Assembly: GCA_902801165.1 (NCBI GenBank)
Contig: CADCHI010000007.1
Span: 17,302 to 81,301, forward strand
DNA length: 64,000 nucleotides
Reading direction: 5' to 3'
From: an uncultured Eubacteriales bacterium
Lineage (GTDB): Bacteria > Bacillota > Clostridia > Christensenellales > Aristaeellaceae
Part shown: positions 1-8,297 of the stretch, one piece after another
How the letters are laid out: each line of letters begins with the position of its first letter
Position numbering within the stretch: the first letter of the stretch is position 1
Made by a program: the position numbers and the translations under genes
Notes under the pieces: generated by a model
The model's database searches: none
The model's input: only the letters and a program-made list of their open reading frames with translations
What the model was told of the DNA's origin: nothing

Positions 1-2074
1 CGGGGATGATCTCGCCGTCAGCGGTCAGCACGTGGCGGTCGGTGTCCACCACGATGCCGCCCATGGTGTGGTGGGTGGAGGGCGCCATCAGGCGGATGGT
101 CAGCAGCGCGTTGTCCAGGTCATAGGACTCCACGTTGTAGCTGCCGTCCTCGTTCTTCTCGACGTTACCCACGGTGCGAGAGGCGATGGCCTTGCCGCAG
201 TCGGGGTACTCGCCCTGGCCCATCACAGCCGCGTCATAGTCGCGGATGGTCTGGATGACGACCTCGGGATCGGCGGTCACGCCCAGCTCCTCGAACAGCT
301 CGGGCAACTCGGCGATGGTGCGGCGATAGTAGCGGCCCGGATAGTCGCCCTCGGCCAGCTGCATCGGCGCGGGCATCATCTGCTCCTTGTTGTAGAACTC
401 CAGGAACACGCCCTTGGTGCCGTTGACTTCCATGCCGTTCTTGAACTCGGCCAGGGACAGCACGTCGCGCTCGGAGCCCTCATCCACGAAGCGGTGGCCG
501 GTGGTGGGGTTGATCCAGCAGGCGTAGTTGCCGCCGCCGAAGGCCAGGTTGCCGTTGTCCACCCAGGAGATGGGCATCAGCGCGCCGACGGCCTCCGCCA
601 TGGCGATGCCGTTGCCCTGCATGGAGGAGCGGTTGGTGGTCTTGGTGGCCTTGGACAGGTACTCGGTGGACCAGTAGACGTTGTTCTCCAGCACCATGTC
701 GATGTTCGCGGCATAGCCGCCGGTGGTCAGGATGACGCCCTTGCCGGCCTTCACGGTGATGGGAGTGCCGTCATAGTGCTCGGCCTTGACGCCGGTCACG
801 CGGCCGTCCTCGACGATCAGGTCGGTGACGGTGGTGCGGATCATGATGTCGTTCTTCTCGTTGGCGGCGTACAGGGTGCTCATGGGAGCGGCGAAGTAGC
901 TGCCCCAGCGGCCCATCTCGTTCTCGCCGTCGCCGTCCAGGTCGATGGTGGAACCGATGAACTCGTTTTCACGATACCACAGCGCGCCGATCAGGGTCTG
1001 CTGGCTGTCCTCGTGGAAGGTCGCGCCCTGGTCCTCGAGCCACTCCTTCAGGCCCTGGCCGTCGTTGATGAACTGGCTGACCAGGTCCACGTCGCCGTAG
1101 ATCCACTGGGTCTTGTCCGCGCTCTGGCGCAGGCCGCCGTAGTAGGTCTGGAAGATGTGCAGGTTCAGGGTGGAGAACAGGGTCAGCTGGCCCTCGGGAA
1201 CGCCGGCGTCCAGCTGGGGCTGCGCCCAATCCAGGTACTCCTGGATCTCGGCCTTCAGGGCCTGCAGCACGGGCAGGTACTCCTCGTGCACGCCGTGCTT
1301 GGAGAGCTCGGCGGCGTCGCCGGCCACGAACTCGTTCTCGACGTAGTAGTCGGCGTCGAAGGGCTCCTCGGACCAGTTCAGGATCATCTTCAGCTCGTCG
1401 ATGCAGCCCTGCACGGACTTGACCTTGTCGTAGGTCTGGCCGTCGTACTCATAGACGCCGGTGGTGGCGTCGGGATCGGCGGGATCCCACACCAGGTAGG
1501 GCATCACGGACTGATACTGACCGCCGGAAACCAGCGTGTTGCCGCCGACCTCGGCGTTCTTCTCAATGACCAGCACGGTGTTGCCGTCCTGGGCGGCCTG
1601 GGCCGCGGCGGCCATGCCGGCGCCGCCGGCGCCGACGACGACCACGTCATACTCGAGCTCCACGGGATCGCCCGCGGCGTGCTCGACCTTGGCGGCCTTG
1701 AAGGCATCCATATTGGTGCAGGCAGCCTGCTCGGCGGTGTCCAGCACCGCGTTGCGCAGGGCGCGGGTGGTGAAGGTGGCGCCGGAAACGCCGTCCACGC
1801 CAGCGCCGTTGGCTTCCAGCATCTCGGGGATCATGATGTCGTAGGCGACGGTGCCGACATGGCCGGTCTCGGCGCTCTCCACGACCTCGATGGCCTCGAT
1901 GGCGGTGTCGCTGTAGGTGACCTTCACGGTCACGGGGCCGTTGTAACCCTCGGTGGTGGCGGTGTACTCGCCGGCGGTGAAGGCCAGCTCGGCGGCCTCC
2001 GCCGCGTCGGCGGATTCGCCGCGGGCGGCGGCCAGGGCGTTCTCGACGGCTTCCTTGATGCCGTCGCGGGTCAT
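1..2074 (-). CDS. FAD-dependent flavoprotein reductase (fumarate reductase/flavocytochrome c family) with an N-terminal FMN_bind domain; the 3' end runs off the window
   Basis: My own minus-strand translation. It is absent from the ORF track because there is no stop in the window. Motifs: ELAFTAGEYTATTEGYNGPVTVKV (FMN_bind), ELEYDVVVVGAGGAGMAAAAQAA (GxGxxG, near 1660-1590) and LMAPSTHHTMGGI (family signature, near 91-53). The frame is consistent at 2074, 1660, 91 and 31. The first in-frame ATG at 2074 overlaps the stop of 2071..2580 (ATGA). Confidence 0.8.
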   Translation of the reverse strand, partial: MTRDGIKEAVENALAAARGESADAAEAAELAFTAGEYTATTEGYNGPVTVKVTYSDTAIEAIEVVESAETGHVGTVAYDIMIPEMLEANGAGVDGVSGATFTTRALRNAVLDTAEQAACTNMDAFKAAKVEHAAGDPVELEYDVVVVGAGGAGMAAAAQAAQDGNTVLVIEKNAEVGGNTLVSGGQYQSVMPYLVWDPADPDATTGVYEYDGQTYDKVKSVQGCIDELKMILNWSEEPFDADYYVENEFVAGDAAELSKHGVHEEYLPVLQALKAEIQEYLDWAQPQLDAGVPEGQLTLFSTLNLHIFQTYYGGLRQSADKTQWIYGDVDLVSQFINDGQGLKEWLEDQGATFHEDSQQTLIGALWYRENEFIGSTIDLDGDGENEMGRWGSYFAAPMSTLYAANEKNDIMIRTTVTDLIVEDGRVTGVKAEHYDGTPITVKAGKGVILTTGGYAANIDMVLENNVYWSTEYLSKATKTTNRSSMQGNGIAMAEAVGALMPISWVDNGNLAFGGGNYACWINPTTGHRFVDEGSERDVLSLAEFKNGMEVNGTKGVFLEFYNKEQMMPAPMQLAEGDYPGRYYRRTIAELPELFEELGVTADPEVVIQTIRDYDAAVMGQGEYPDCGKAIASRTVGNVEKNEDGSYNVESYDLDNALLTIRLMAPSTHHTMGGIVVDTDRHVLTADGEIIP

Positions 2075-2123
2075 GGTCGCGCCGGCCACGGCGTCGATGT
2101 CGCCGTCCGTGCGGCCCACCAGC
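2025..2123. repeat. 99-nt perfect direct repeat, copy 2 (partner at 2279..2377), inside the FMN_bind modules
   Basis: Base-by-base comparison shows identity at an offset of 254 nt. Similarity continues at 2125-2225 versus 2398-2498 at an offset of 273 nt, so there is a net 19-nt difference at 2124. Confidence 0.9.
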
Positions 2124-2580
2124 TGATCTCCACGGCGGTGATGGCGCTCTCGTCCACGGTGACCTGAACGGTCACGACGTCGGTCTCGCTGTAGCCCTTG
2201 CCGGTGCCCTCATAGGTGCCGGGGATGAAGGCGCCTTCAGCGACGGCCTCCTCGGCGGGCGCGGCCTCGCCGGCAGTCGCGGCGGCCAGGGCGTTCTCGA
2301 CGGCTTCCTTGATGCCGTCGCGGGTCATGGTCGCGCCGGCCACGGCGTCGATGTCGCCGTCCGTGCGGCCCACCAGCGGGACCTCGCCGTCGCCGACGAT
2401 CTCCACGGCGGTGATGCCGTTCTCGTCCACGGTGACCTTCACGGTCACGGGGTCGGTCTCGCTGTAGCCCCTGCCGGTGCCCTCATAGGTGCCGGGGGTG
2501 AACACTGCGCCTTCGGCGACGCAGGCCATGGAGCCCAACACCAGGCACAGGCTCAGAAGCAAAGCAAAGATTTTCTTCAT
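2071..2580 (-). CDS. Secreted FMN_bind repeat protein; probably the frameshifted 5' part of the downstream flavoprotein reductase gene
   Basis: Signal peptide MKKIFALLLSLCLVLGSMAC. Two near-identical modules FxPGTYEGTGxGYSETDxVTVxVTVDExxITAVEI. The first module continues ...DAVAGATMTRDGIKEAVENALAAA, while the second goes out of frame after AVEI. RBS GAGGAGG lies upstream of the ATG. Confidence 0.7.
   Translation of the reverse strand: MKKIFALLLSLCLVLGSMACVAEGAVFTPGTYEGTGRGYSETDPVTVKVTVDENGITAVEIVGDGEVPLVGRTDGDIDAVAGATMTRDGIKEAVENALAAATAGEAAPAEEAVAEGAFIPGTYEGTGKGYSETDVVTVQVTVDESAITAVEISWWAARTATSTPWPARP
2279..2377. repeat. 99-nt perfect direct repeat, copy 1
   Basis: Identical to 2025..2123. 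Confidence 0.9.
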
Positions 2581-2631
2581 GATACTCCTCCTCGCTTGTT
2601 TTGCCGATATTACGGCTAATCTAACAAAAGC

Positions 2632-2660
2632 ATCATATCAAAAACACAAATTTTTGTCAA
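2632..2660 (-). promoter_or_regulatory. Sigma-A type promoter for the FMN_bind/flavoprotein gene
   Basis: On the minus strand: TTGACA, 17-nt spacer, TATGAT. Confidence 0.6.
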
Positions 2661-2714
2661 TTGTTAAAGTATAGTTTTGCCCCAAAGAATCAAGATTTTA
2701 CCGTTGGCGACGTA

Positions 2715-2743
2715 TTGATTCCACCTGTACAAATGAATATAAT
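2715..2743 (+). promoter_or_regulatory. Sigma-A type promoter for the NusG-II/Gx/ApbE operon
   Basis: TTGATT, 17-nt spacer, TATAAT. Confidence 0.6.
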
Positions 2744-2834
2744 AAAATAGTGGAAATGTTTTCAGCCGGTGCGCCGACGGCCGCGGAGATTCCCGGGGCC
2801 GCACGGGGTGCGGGGCCGGCAAAGGAGCAAGCGA

Positions 2835-3263
2835 TTGCGAAACAAGAGATGGCTCAGGGCCACCCTGGCGGCGGTTTTACTGTGTGCCTGCCTGGCGCTG
2901 CCGGGATGCCGCGCGCCTTCAAGGGGCGGGGCAACCGTGCTGCTGGACGGGAAGCCCCTCCAGGAGGCGGCGGACCCGTCCCAGGACGCGGGCGGGCTCA
3001 GGGTCTACATCACCCTGGACGGCGCGCCGCTGGTCGACCTGCCCTTTGGCGAGGCGCACACCGTTTCCGTGCGACAGCCGGACGGCGAGGAAAACGTCGT
3101 GCGGCTCACCGGGGACGCGGTGTACATGGAGAGCGCCAACTGCGAAAACCAGGACTGCGTGGAGATGGGCGAGGTCACCCGCGATAACCTGGAGCTGCGG
3201 GTAATGGGCGGCTTCATCATCTGCCTGCCCCACAAGCTGTCCGTGGAGGTGCGGGGCGAGTGA
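2835..3263 (+). CDS. NusG domain II-containing lipoprotein
   Basis: Lipobox LALPGC. Conserved core VYMESANCENQDCVEMGEV...GGFIICLPHKL. The likely start is TTG at 2835, preceded by AAAGGAG. The track ORF from 2769 adds an Arg-rich extension. Confidence 0.75.
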   Translation: MRNKRWLRATLAAVLLCACLALPGCRAPSRGGATVLLDGKPLQEAADPSQDAGGLRVYITLDGAPLVDLPFGEAHTVSVRQPDGEENVVRLTGDAVYMESANCENQDCVEMGEVTRDNLELRVMGGFIICLPHKLSVEVRGE

Positions 3264-3295
3264 TCCCCCCCTGCGGGTCTGTTGGAGGATAGAAT

Positions 3296-3973
3296 ATGAA
3301 ATCATCTGCGCGGGGCGTCGCCCGCTTCGGCCTGCTCACGGCGCTGGCGCTGGTGCTGGGCTACTTCGACCGGGCCATACCGATCACCGCCCTGCTCAGC
3401 GGCGCGGTGCCCGGCATCAAGCTGGGACTGGCCAACACGGTGCTGCTCTATGGCGTCTATCTGATGGACTGGCCCAGCTGCGTGCTGCTGATGCTGGCGA
3501 AGGTACTCCTCTCCGGCTTCATGTTCGGCTCGCTGAGCGCCATACTCTACAGCCTCTCCGGCGGCGCGCTCAGCCTCGCGGTGATGCTGCTGGTGCGGCG
3601 TCGGCCCCGGGCCGGGGCGCTGGCCATCGCGGTGCTGGCCGCGGCCAGCGACGCCGCGCTGCTCTGGCGGCACCCCTCCCCCAAGGGCCAGCTGCTCTGG
3701 TGCGCGATCCTCATCGCCCTGGCGTGCGTGGCCGCCGTCGCGGTGTTCGCGGTGCTGGGACGCAGGCCGCAGTACGGGATCATGGCCACCTCGCTGGCCG
3801 GGGCCGTGGCCCACAACGTCGGGCAGATCCTGGTCGCAAGCTCTGTGCTCAGGACGCCCCAGTTGCTGTACACCTACCTGCCGGTGCTGGTGGGCCTGGG
3901 CGCGGCGGTGGGCTGCCTGACGGGCTTCGTGGCCCAGCGGGTGTTCAAGGCGCTCCGGCTGAGCGGGACATGA
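3296..3973 (+). CDS. Gx transporter family membrane protein (heptaprenyl diphosphate synthase component I-like)
   Basis: Polytopic membrane protein with GIKLGLANTVLLYGVYL. RBS GGAGGA. Typical neighbour of NusG-II and ApbE genes. Confidence 0.8.
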   Translation: MKSSARGVARFGLLTALALVLGYFDRAIPITALLSGAVPGIKLGLANTVLLYGVYLMDWPSCVLLMLAKVLLSGFMFGSLSAILYSLSGGALSLAVMLLVRRRPRAGALAIAVLAAASDAALLWRHPSPKGQLLWCAILIALACVAAVAVFAVLGRRPQYGIMATSLAGAVAHNVGQILVASSVLRTPQLLYTYLPVLVGLGAAVGCLTGFVAQRVFKALRLSGT

Positions 3974-3975
3974 GT

Positions 3976-4141
3976 TCAGAGTCTGTTTCTAAATGCCTGA
4001 AGCGCATTTTCGGCGTATTAGACTGCATTTCTGCGTTGATTTCCCTTGACTTAGGCTCCCCTAAGCCTGCGAGAAATCGCCTTGAAATGCAGCCAAATCC
4101 ACTCGAAACTGCATCTCCCAGCATTTAGAAACACACTCTAG
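3976..4141 (+). repeat. Family-1 palindromic TIR element (MITE-like), copy A
   Basis: Ends are AGAGTCTGTTTCTAAA ... TTTAGAAACACACTCTAG. About 165 bp. Near-identical to 15862..16027 and the reverse complement of 9325..9488. Confidence 0.9.
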
Positions 4142-4158
4142 TTTCTGGAGGAAAGAAC

Positions 4159-5151
4159 ATGAAAACAAGGCGCTTGACTGCGCTGACGCTGGCCCTGGCT
4201 TGCCTGGCGCTGTGCCTGGGCGGCTGCGGGGCCGCGGAGAAGAAGGAATCCGCCGTGGGCTTCTACCTGGACACCGTCATCACCCTGACGGCCTACGTGC
4301 AGGATGTTTCGGTGCTGGAGGATGCCCTGAAGGAGTGCGGCCGGTATGAAAACCTGCTGTCGCGCACCGTGGAGGGCAGCGACGTTTGGCGTCTGAACCA
4401 CGCCGGGGGCGAGCCGGTGCAGGTGTCGGAGGACACCCTGCGCATCCTCGAGGCCGCGCGGCAGGTCAGCGAGCGCTCCGGCGGGGCCTTCGACGTGACC
4501 ATCGCCCCGGTCTCCACGCTGTGGGACTTCACCTCCGGCGCGGCGGTCCTGCCGGACGCCGAGGCGCTGCGGCAGGCGGCGGAGCGGGTGGACTACACCC
4601 GCGTGGCCGTCGATGGCGACAAGGTCACCCTCCCCGAGGGCATGATGATCGACCTGGGCGGCATCGCCAAGGGCTACATCGCCGACGCCGTGAAGGCCTA
4701 CCTCGTCAGGCGCGGCGTGAAGAGCGGCATCCTCTCCTTCGGCGGCAACATCGTGGCCATCGGCAAAAAGCCCGACGGCACGCCCTGGAAGGTGGGCATC
4801 CAGGACATCGACAAGCCCACCGGGGCCTACATGCTGGTGGTCCGCAGCGAGGGCGGCTCCGTCGTCACCAGCGGCATCTACGAGCGCGGCTTCGAGCTGG
4901 ACGGCGCGTACTACCACCATATCCTCGACTCCGGGACCGGCTGGCCGGTGCAGAACGAGCTGGCCTCGGTGACGATCCTCTCCGAGGATTCCATGCTAGG
5001 CGACGCGCTGGCCACTGCTGCCTTCGCCCTGGGCACCGAAAAGGGCCTGGCGCTGATCGAGGGCATCGACGGCGTGGAGGCGCTGTTCATCGCCCGGGAC
5101 CGCACCATCACCGGCACCTCCGGCGCGAAGGACTTCGTGCTGGACGAGTGA
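4159..5151 (+). CDS. apbE: FAD:protein FMN transferase (ApbE family lipoprotein)
   Basis: Lipobox LCLGGC. ApbE hallmarks FYLDTVITLTAY, FDVTIAPV, IDLGGIAKGY, VTSGIYERGF, HHILD. RBS GGAGGA. Confidence 0.9.
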   Translation: MKTRRLTALTLALACLALCLGGCGAAEKKESAVGFYLDTVITLTAYVQDVSVLEDALKECGRYENLLSRTVEGSDVWRLNHAGGEPVQVSEDTLRILEAARQVSERSGGAFDVTIAPVSTLWDFTSGAAVLPDAEALRQAAERVDYTRVAVDGDKVTLPEGMMIDLGGIAKGYIADAVKAYLVRRGVKSGILSFGGNIVAIGKKPDGTPWKVGIQDIDKPTGAYMLVVRSEGGSVVTSGIYERGFELDGAYYHHILDSGTGWPVQNELASVTILSEDSMLGDALATAAFALGTEKGLALIEGIDGVEALFIARDRTITGTSGAKDFVLDE

Positions 5152-5203
5152 GCCGATATAACCCTGCTTTTCCCCAATCCAACGACCAACGGAGGACACT
5201 GAT

Positions 5204-5722
5204 ATGATGAGACGCCTTGCTGCGCTGCTGCTCGCGCTGTGCGTTTTCGCGCTGTCCGGCGCGGCCCTCGGCGATGTCGCCGGGACGGATGCCCCGACGG
5301 CAGCCGAAGCCGCAGAGGAAGCGCCTGACGCCGGCGCGGATGAAGGAGAAACCGGAACGAACGACGAAGCCGGTGAAGATGCGTCCGCCCCCGCCCCGGG
5401 CTACGTGCTGGTGACCGCCTCGGGCCTCTCCGGCTGGCTCCCGCTGCCGGCGGAGGGCGAAAAGACCTTTCCCCTCCCCCAGGTCCTGCCCGACGGCACC
5501 CAGACGCTGAACATCATCCACCTGACCCCGAACAGCGTGTACATGGAGGACTCCACCTGCGAAAACCACGACTGCGTCGACCAGGGGATCGTCTCGTTTG
5601 AGAACAAGGAGGAGCGCATCCTCGGCAACATGATCGTCTGCCTGCCCAACCAGGTGCTGCTGGAGCTGTACACCGCAGAGGAGGTCGCCGAGCTGGTCCG
5701 CATGGGCATGCCCGCGCCGTGA
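5204..5722 (+). CDS. NusG domain II-containing protein (second paralog)
   Basis: Signal peptide, then VYMEDSTCENHDCVDQGIV...NMIVCLPNQV, parallel to 2835..3263. RBS GGAGGA. Confidence 0.75.
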   Translation: MMRRLAALLLALCVFALSGAALGDVAGTDAPTAAEAAEEAPDAGADEGETGTNDEAGEDASAPAPGYVLVTASGLSGWLPLPAEGEKTFPLPQVLPDGTQTLNIIHLTPNSVYMEDSTCENHDCVDQGIVSFENKEERILGNMIVCLPNQVLLELYTAEEVAELVRMGMPAP

Positions 5723-5905
5723 CCAGAAACGGCAGCGCCTTCCGGAATACCTTCTCCGGCATGCGAATGCCGATCTCCTCCGGGTCATTGTCCAGCCCCA
5801 CGCAGATGATGCGCAGTCCGCCCGGTGTCAGGATGCGACCATTCAGCTTGTCAGTCCGGTACTGCCGGTCCTATTCATATTCTTTTTTGGATACCAGGTT
5901 CATGA
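5723..5905 (-). pseudogene. Unidentified gene remnant with an in-frame stop
   Basis: Minus strand reads MNLVSKKEYE*DRQYRTDKLNGRILTPGGLRIICVGLDNDPEEIGIRMPEKVFRKALPFLV. It then runs antisense into the NusG-II gene. The family is not recognised. Confidence 0.3.
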
Positions 5906-5949
5906 TGACTATGCGATCCTCTCGGCAATCTGGAATAGGTGCTTTCCCG

Positions 5950-6747
5950 TCATGCTTTTCCCGCCCTTGCAAAGATCCTTTCGTACCTCATCACAGCCTC
6001 TCCTGAGAAATCATCTTTCAAATCATTCAAAACCACGTTAAAAAAGCATTCCTTTTCTTCCTTGTTCAGCGGAGCAGCCAATAACTCCAGTCCCACAGAT
6101 ATGAAATGCTGATAAACCACCTCGGCCGACGGAAAAGAGAACAGACCGGACTTCATTGAAACTTCTACATTGGAAAATCCGGCCTTTTTCATCATATCCT
6201 CAAACTGCTCCCCGCTATCCGGAACATACCATGGGAATTGCCATTCTTCATACCGTGCATCATAGCCAAGCTCGTCGATCGCTCGTCCGGCGTACTTGAT
6301 CAGCGGGTGCTCAGCATTCAGCACCGGGAACTGCAAAATGATGTCGCCTCCCGGTTTCAATGCCCTGAACAGACGGCATAAACCATCCGCTGTCTCAACG
6401 ACCCAGTGAAGAACAGAATTTGAGAATATCAAATCAAACTGTTCTTTGAATTCGATCTCATTGATCGCGCACTTCCGGAATTCCAGATTCGACACGCTTT
6501 GTAAACCCATCAATCCTCTTGCTTTTTCGATCATGGATTCGGAGGAATCCACCCCCAGAACATGTCCGTTGGGGACTTTCTTCGCCAGCAATGCCGTCAG
6601 ATTCCCACTTCCGCATCCGGCGTCCAGCACGGACATATCCGGCGAAAAGCGGACTGAATCGATCAGGGCTTCACCCACAGAGGATTGAATGCTGTTCGCC
6701 GCCGCATATGTTTCGCCATTCCAATTGAACTCGCTCATCATATACAT
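5950..6747 (-). CDS. Class I SAM-dependent methyltransferase
   Basis: Motif I VLDAGCGSGNLT and post-I GVDSSESMIEKA. Start taken at MYMMSEF, preceded by GGAAAGTGAGG. Noticeably lower GC than its neighbours. Confidence 0.8.
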   Translation of the reverse strand: MYMMSEFNWNGETYAAANSIQSSVGEALIDSVRFSPDMSVLDAGCGSGNLTALLAKKVPNGHVLGVDSSESMIEKARGLMGLQSVSNLEFRKCAINEIEFKEQFDLIFSNSVLHWVVETADGLCRLFRALKPGGDIILQFPVLNAEHPLIKYAGRAIDELGYDARYEEWQFPWYVPDSGEQFEDMMKKAGFSNVEVSMKSGLFSFPSAEVVYQHFISVGLELLAAPLNKEEKECFFNVVLNDLKDDFSGEAVMRYERIFARAGKA

Positions 6748-6952
6748 CCTCACTTTCCGTTCATCGAGCGGAAGAAGTCGCCTTGATGCGGCGTGCGCTT
6801 GGGCAGGGGGTCGCCCGGTTTGAAAAACGGGCACGGACCGGATTTGAGATCGATCAGAAATGCTTGACCCCGGATCTCAGCTCTTCACCCTCTGTCAAAG
6901 ACAGTCAGGCTTACAGCTGTCCATCCCGGTCGACTGCCCCGGCAGCCGCCCA

Positions 6953-8047
6953 TTACTTCCCGAAATAGGCGCGGATCTCCTCCATCCGGGCGCTCTGCGC
7001 CACGTGGAAGGGACACCGACCGTCGCAGTGGCCGCAAGCGACGCAGTCTCCCGCGGTGCGTTCGAGTGCCCTGTAGTGCTCCGCCGCCATGCCGTCCCCG
7101 GTCCGCGCCAGGTCATAGTACTTGTTGATCAGGCCGATGTCCAACCCCATCGGGCAGGGCTGACAGTGATTGCAGTACACGCACCGTCCCCGGGCGTCCG
7201 CCGGGGCGAAGGTGCCCAGCACGCCGTAGTCCAGCGCCTCCTCGGGCTGGTCGCAGTAAGCCAGCAGCTGCTCCACCTCGCCGATGTCCTTGAAGCCGGG
7301 CAGCACCGTCAGCACGCCGGGCTTGTCCAGCGCGTAGCGGAGGCATTGCCAGGGCGTCAGCGCCCGCCCGAAGGGCGAGGTGGCCGCGTCCAGCATCTGC
7401 CCGCCGGAGAAGGGCTTCATCACCGATATGCCCACCCCCAGGCGCTCGCACTTGCGGTAGAGCTCCGCGCGCTCGTCCACGCCGCCGTGGGCGTACTCGC
7501 CCTGGCCGTAGTCATAGCCGGGGTTGATGGAGAACATCAGCATGTCCGGCTCGGCCTCGTCGATGATCCGGCTGGCCACCGCCGGGGTGTGGGAGGACAC
7601 GCCGATGTGCCGCACCACGCCGGCCTTCTTCATGGACAGCAGGTAGTCGTACACGCCGTTGGCCTTGTAGGTCTCCCAGTCGGAGTCCTCGTCCTGGCAG
7701 TGGATGAAGCCGTAGTCGATGTAGTCCGTCCGCAGGGCCTTCAGCTGCCGCTCCAGCGAGCGCTTGACCGGGTCCAGCTCCAGCGACCAGCCGTACTCGC
7801 CCTTGCTGTAGTCCGCGCCAAAGTGGATCTGGTAGAAGATGCTGCCGCGCACGTCGCTCAGCGCCTCGCCGTAGATGGGAAAGCTGTCGCCGTGGCCCGC
7901 GGCCAGGTCGAAGTAGTTGACGCCGCCCTCGTAGGCCCGGCGCAGCGCCCGGACGCCCTCGTCCATTCCCGCCTCGTGGGTATAGGACGAGCCGAGGCCG
8001 ATTTCGCTGATCCTGTCCCCCGTGCGCCTGTTCACCCTGTACTTCAT
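6953..8047 (-). CDS. Aldo/keto reductase fused to a C-terminal 4Fe-4S ferredoxin-type domain
   Basis: GVNYFDLAAGHG and HIGVSSH (AKR motifs). CVYCNHCQPCP and CVACGHCDGRCP (Cys clusters). RBS GGGAGGA. Confidence 0.85.
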   Translation of the reverse strand: MKYRVNRRTGDRISEIGLGSSYTHEAGMDEGVRALRRAYEGGVNYFDLAAGHGDSFPIYGEALSDVRGSIFYQIHFGADYSKGEYGWSLELDPVKRSLERQLKALRTDYIDYGFIHCQDEDSDWETYKANGVYDYLLSMKKAGVVRHIGVSSHTPAVASRIIDEAEPDMLMFSINPGYDYGQGEYAHGGVDERAELYRKCERLGVGISVMKPFSGGQMLDAATSPFGRALTPWQCLRYALDKPGVLTVLPGFKDIGEVEQLLAYCDQPEEALDYGVLGTFAPADARGRCVYCNHCQPCPMGLDIGLINKYYDLARTGDGMAAEHYRALERTAGDCVACGHCDGRCPFHVAQSARMEEIRAYFGK

Positions 8048-8297
8048 CTGGATGTCCTCCCGTCTCTTTCGCGTTGGGTCTGAATCCCCCGGCCGCCGCG
8101 CCGGGGCAGTCTGCCGTTCCTTCCACAGCCATTATAGCTCAAATGAGCCTGCGTTGCAAGGCTCGTCCCTCCACTCGATGGGGACCGCTTCGCGCCGCCG
8201 CAAAAACCATTGGACAGGCTGCGGAAAATATGATAGTATAAGGGGACGGGATATCGCTCCCGTTCTGTTGAGAATATGCAATTCGGGGGATGAAAGC

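Noticed and set aside
32-2167. 711-aa plus-strand ORF, the longest call in the first 2 kb
   Set aside because: It is antisense to a minus-strand gene with clear FMN_bind, GxGxxG and HHTMGG motifs. The plus-strand product is Gly/Ala/Val/His/Leu low-complexity with no RBS. This is a typical high-GC shadow ORF.
8243-8265. Hairpin GGACGGGA-TATCGC-TCCCGTTC upstream of cysE as an attenuator
   Set aside because: It is an 8-bp stem with a G-U pair, has no U tract and no associated uORF. The evidence is too weak.
8022-8297. N-terminal extensions of track ORFs (8022, 12172, 19996, 14094, 33915, 46302, 48697, 32315, 11624, 42871 and others)
   Set aside because: The extensions overlap divergent genes, promoters or leaders, and they lack an SD sequence. 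Internal Met codons with good SD spacing coincide with the start of family-conserved sequence.
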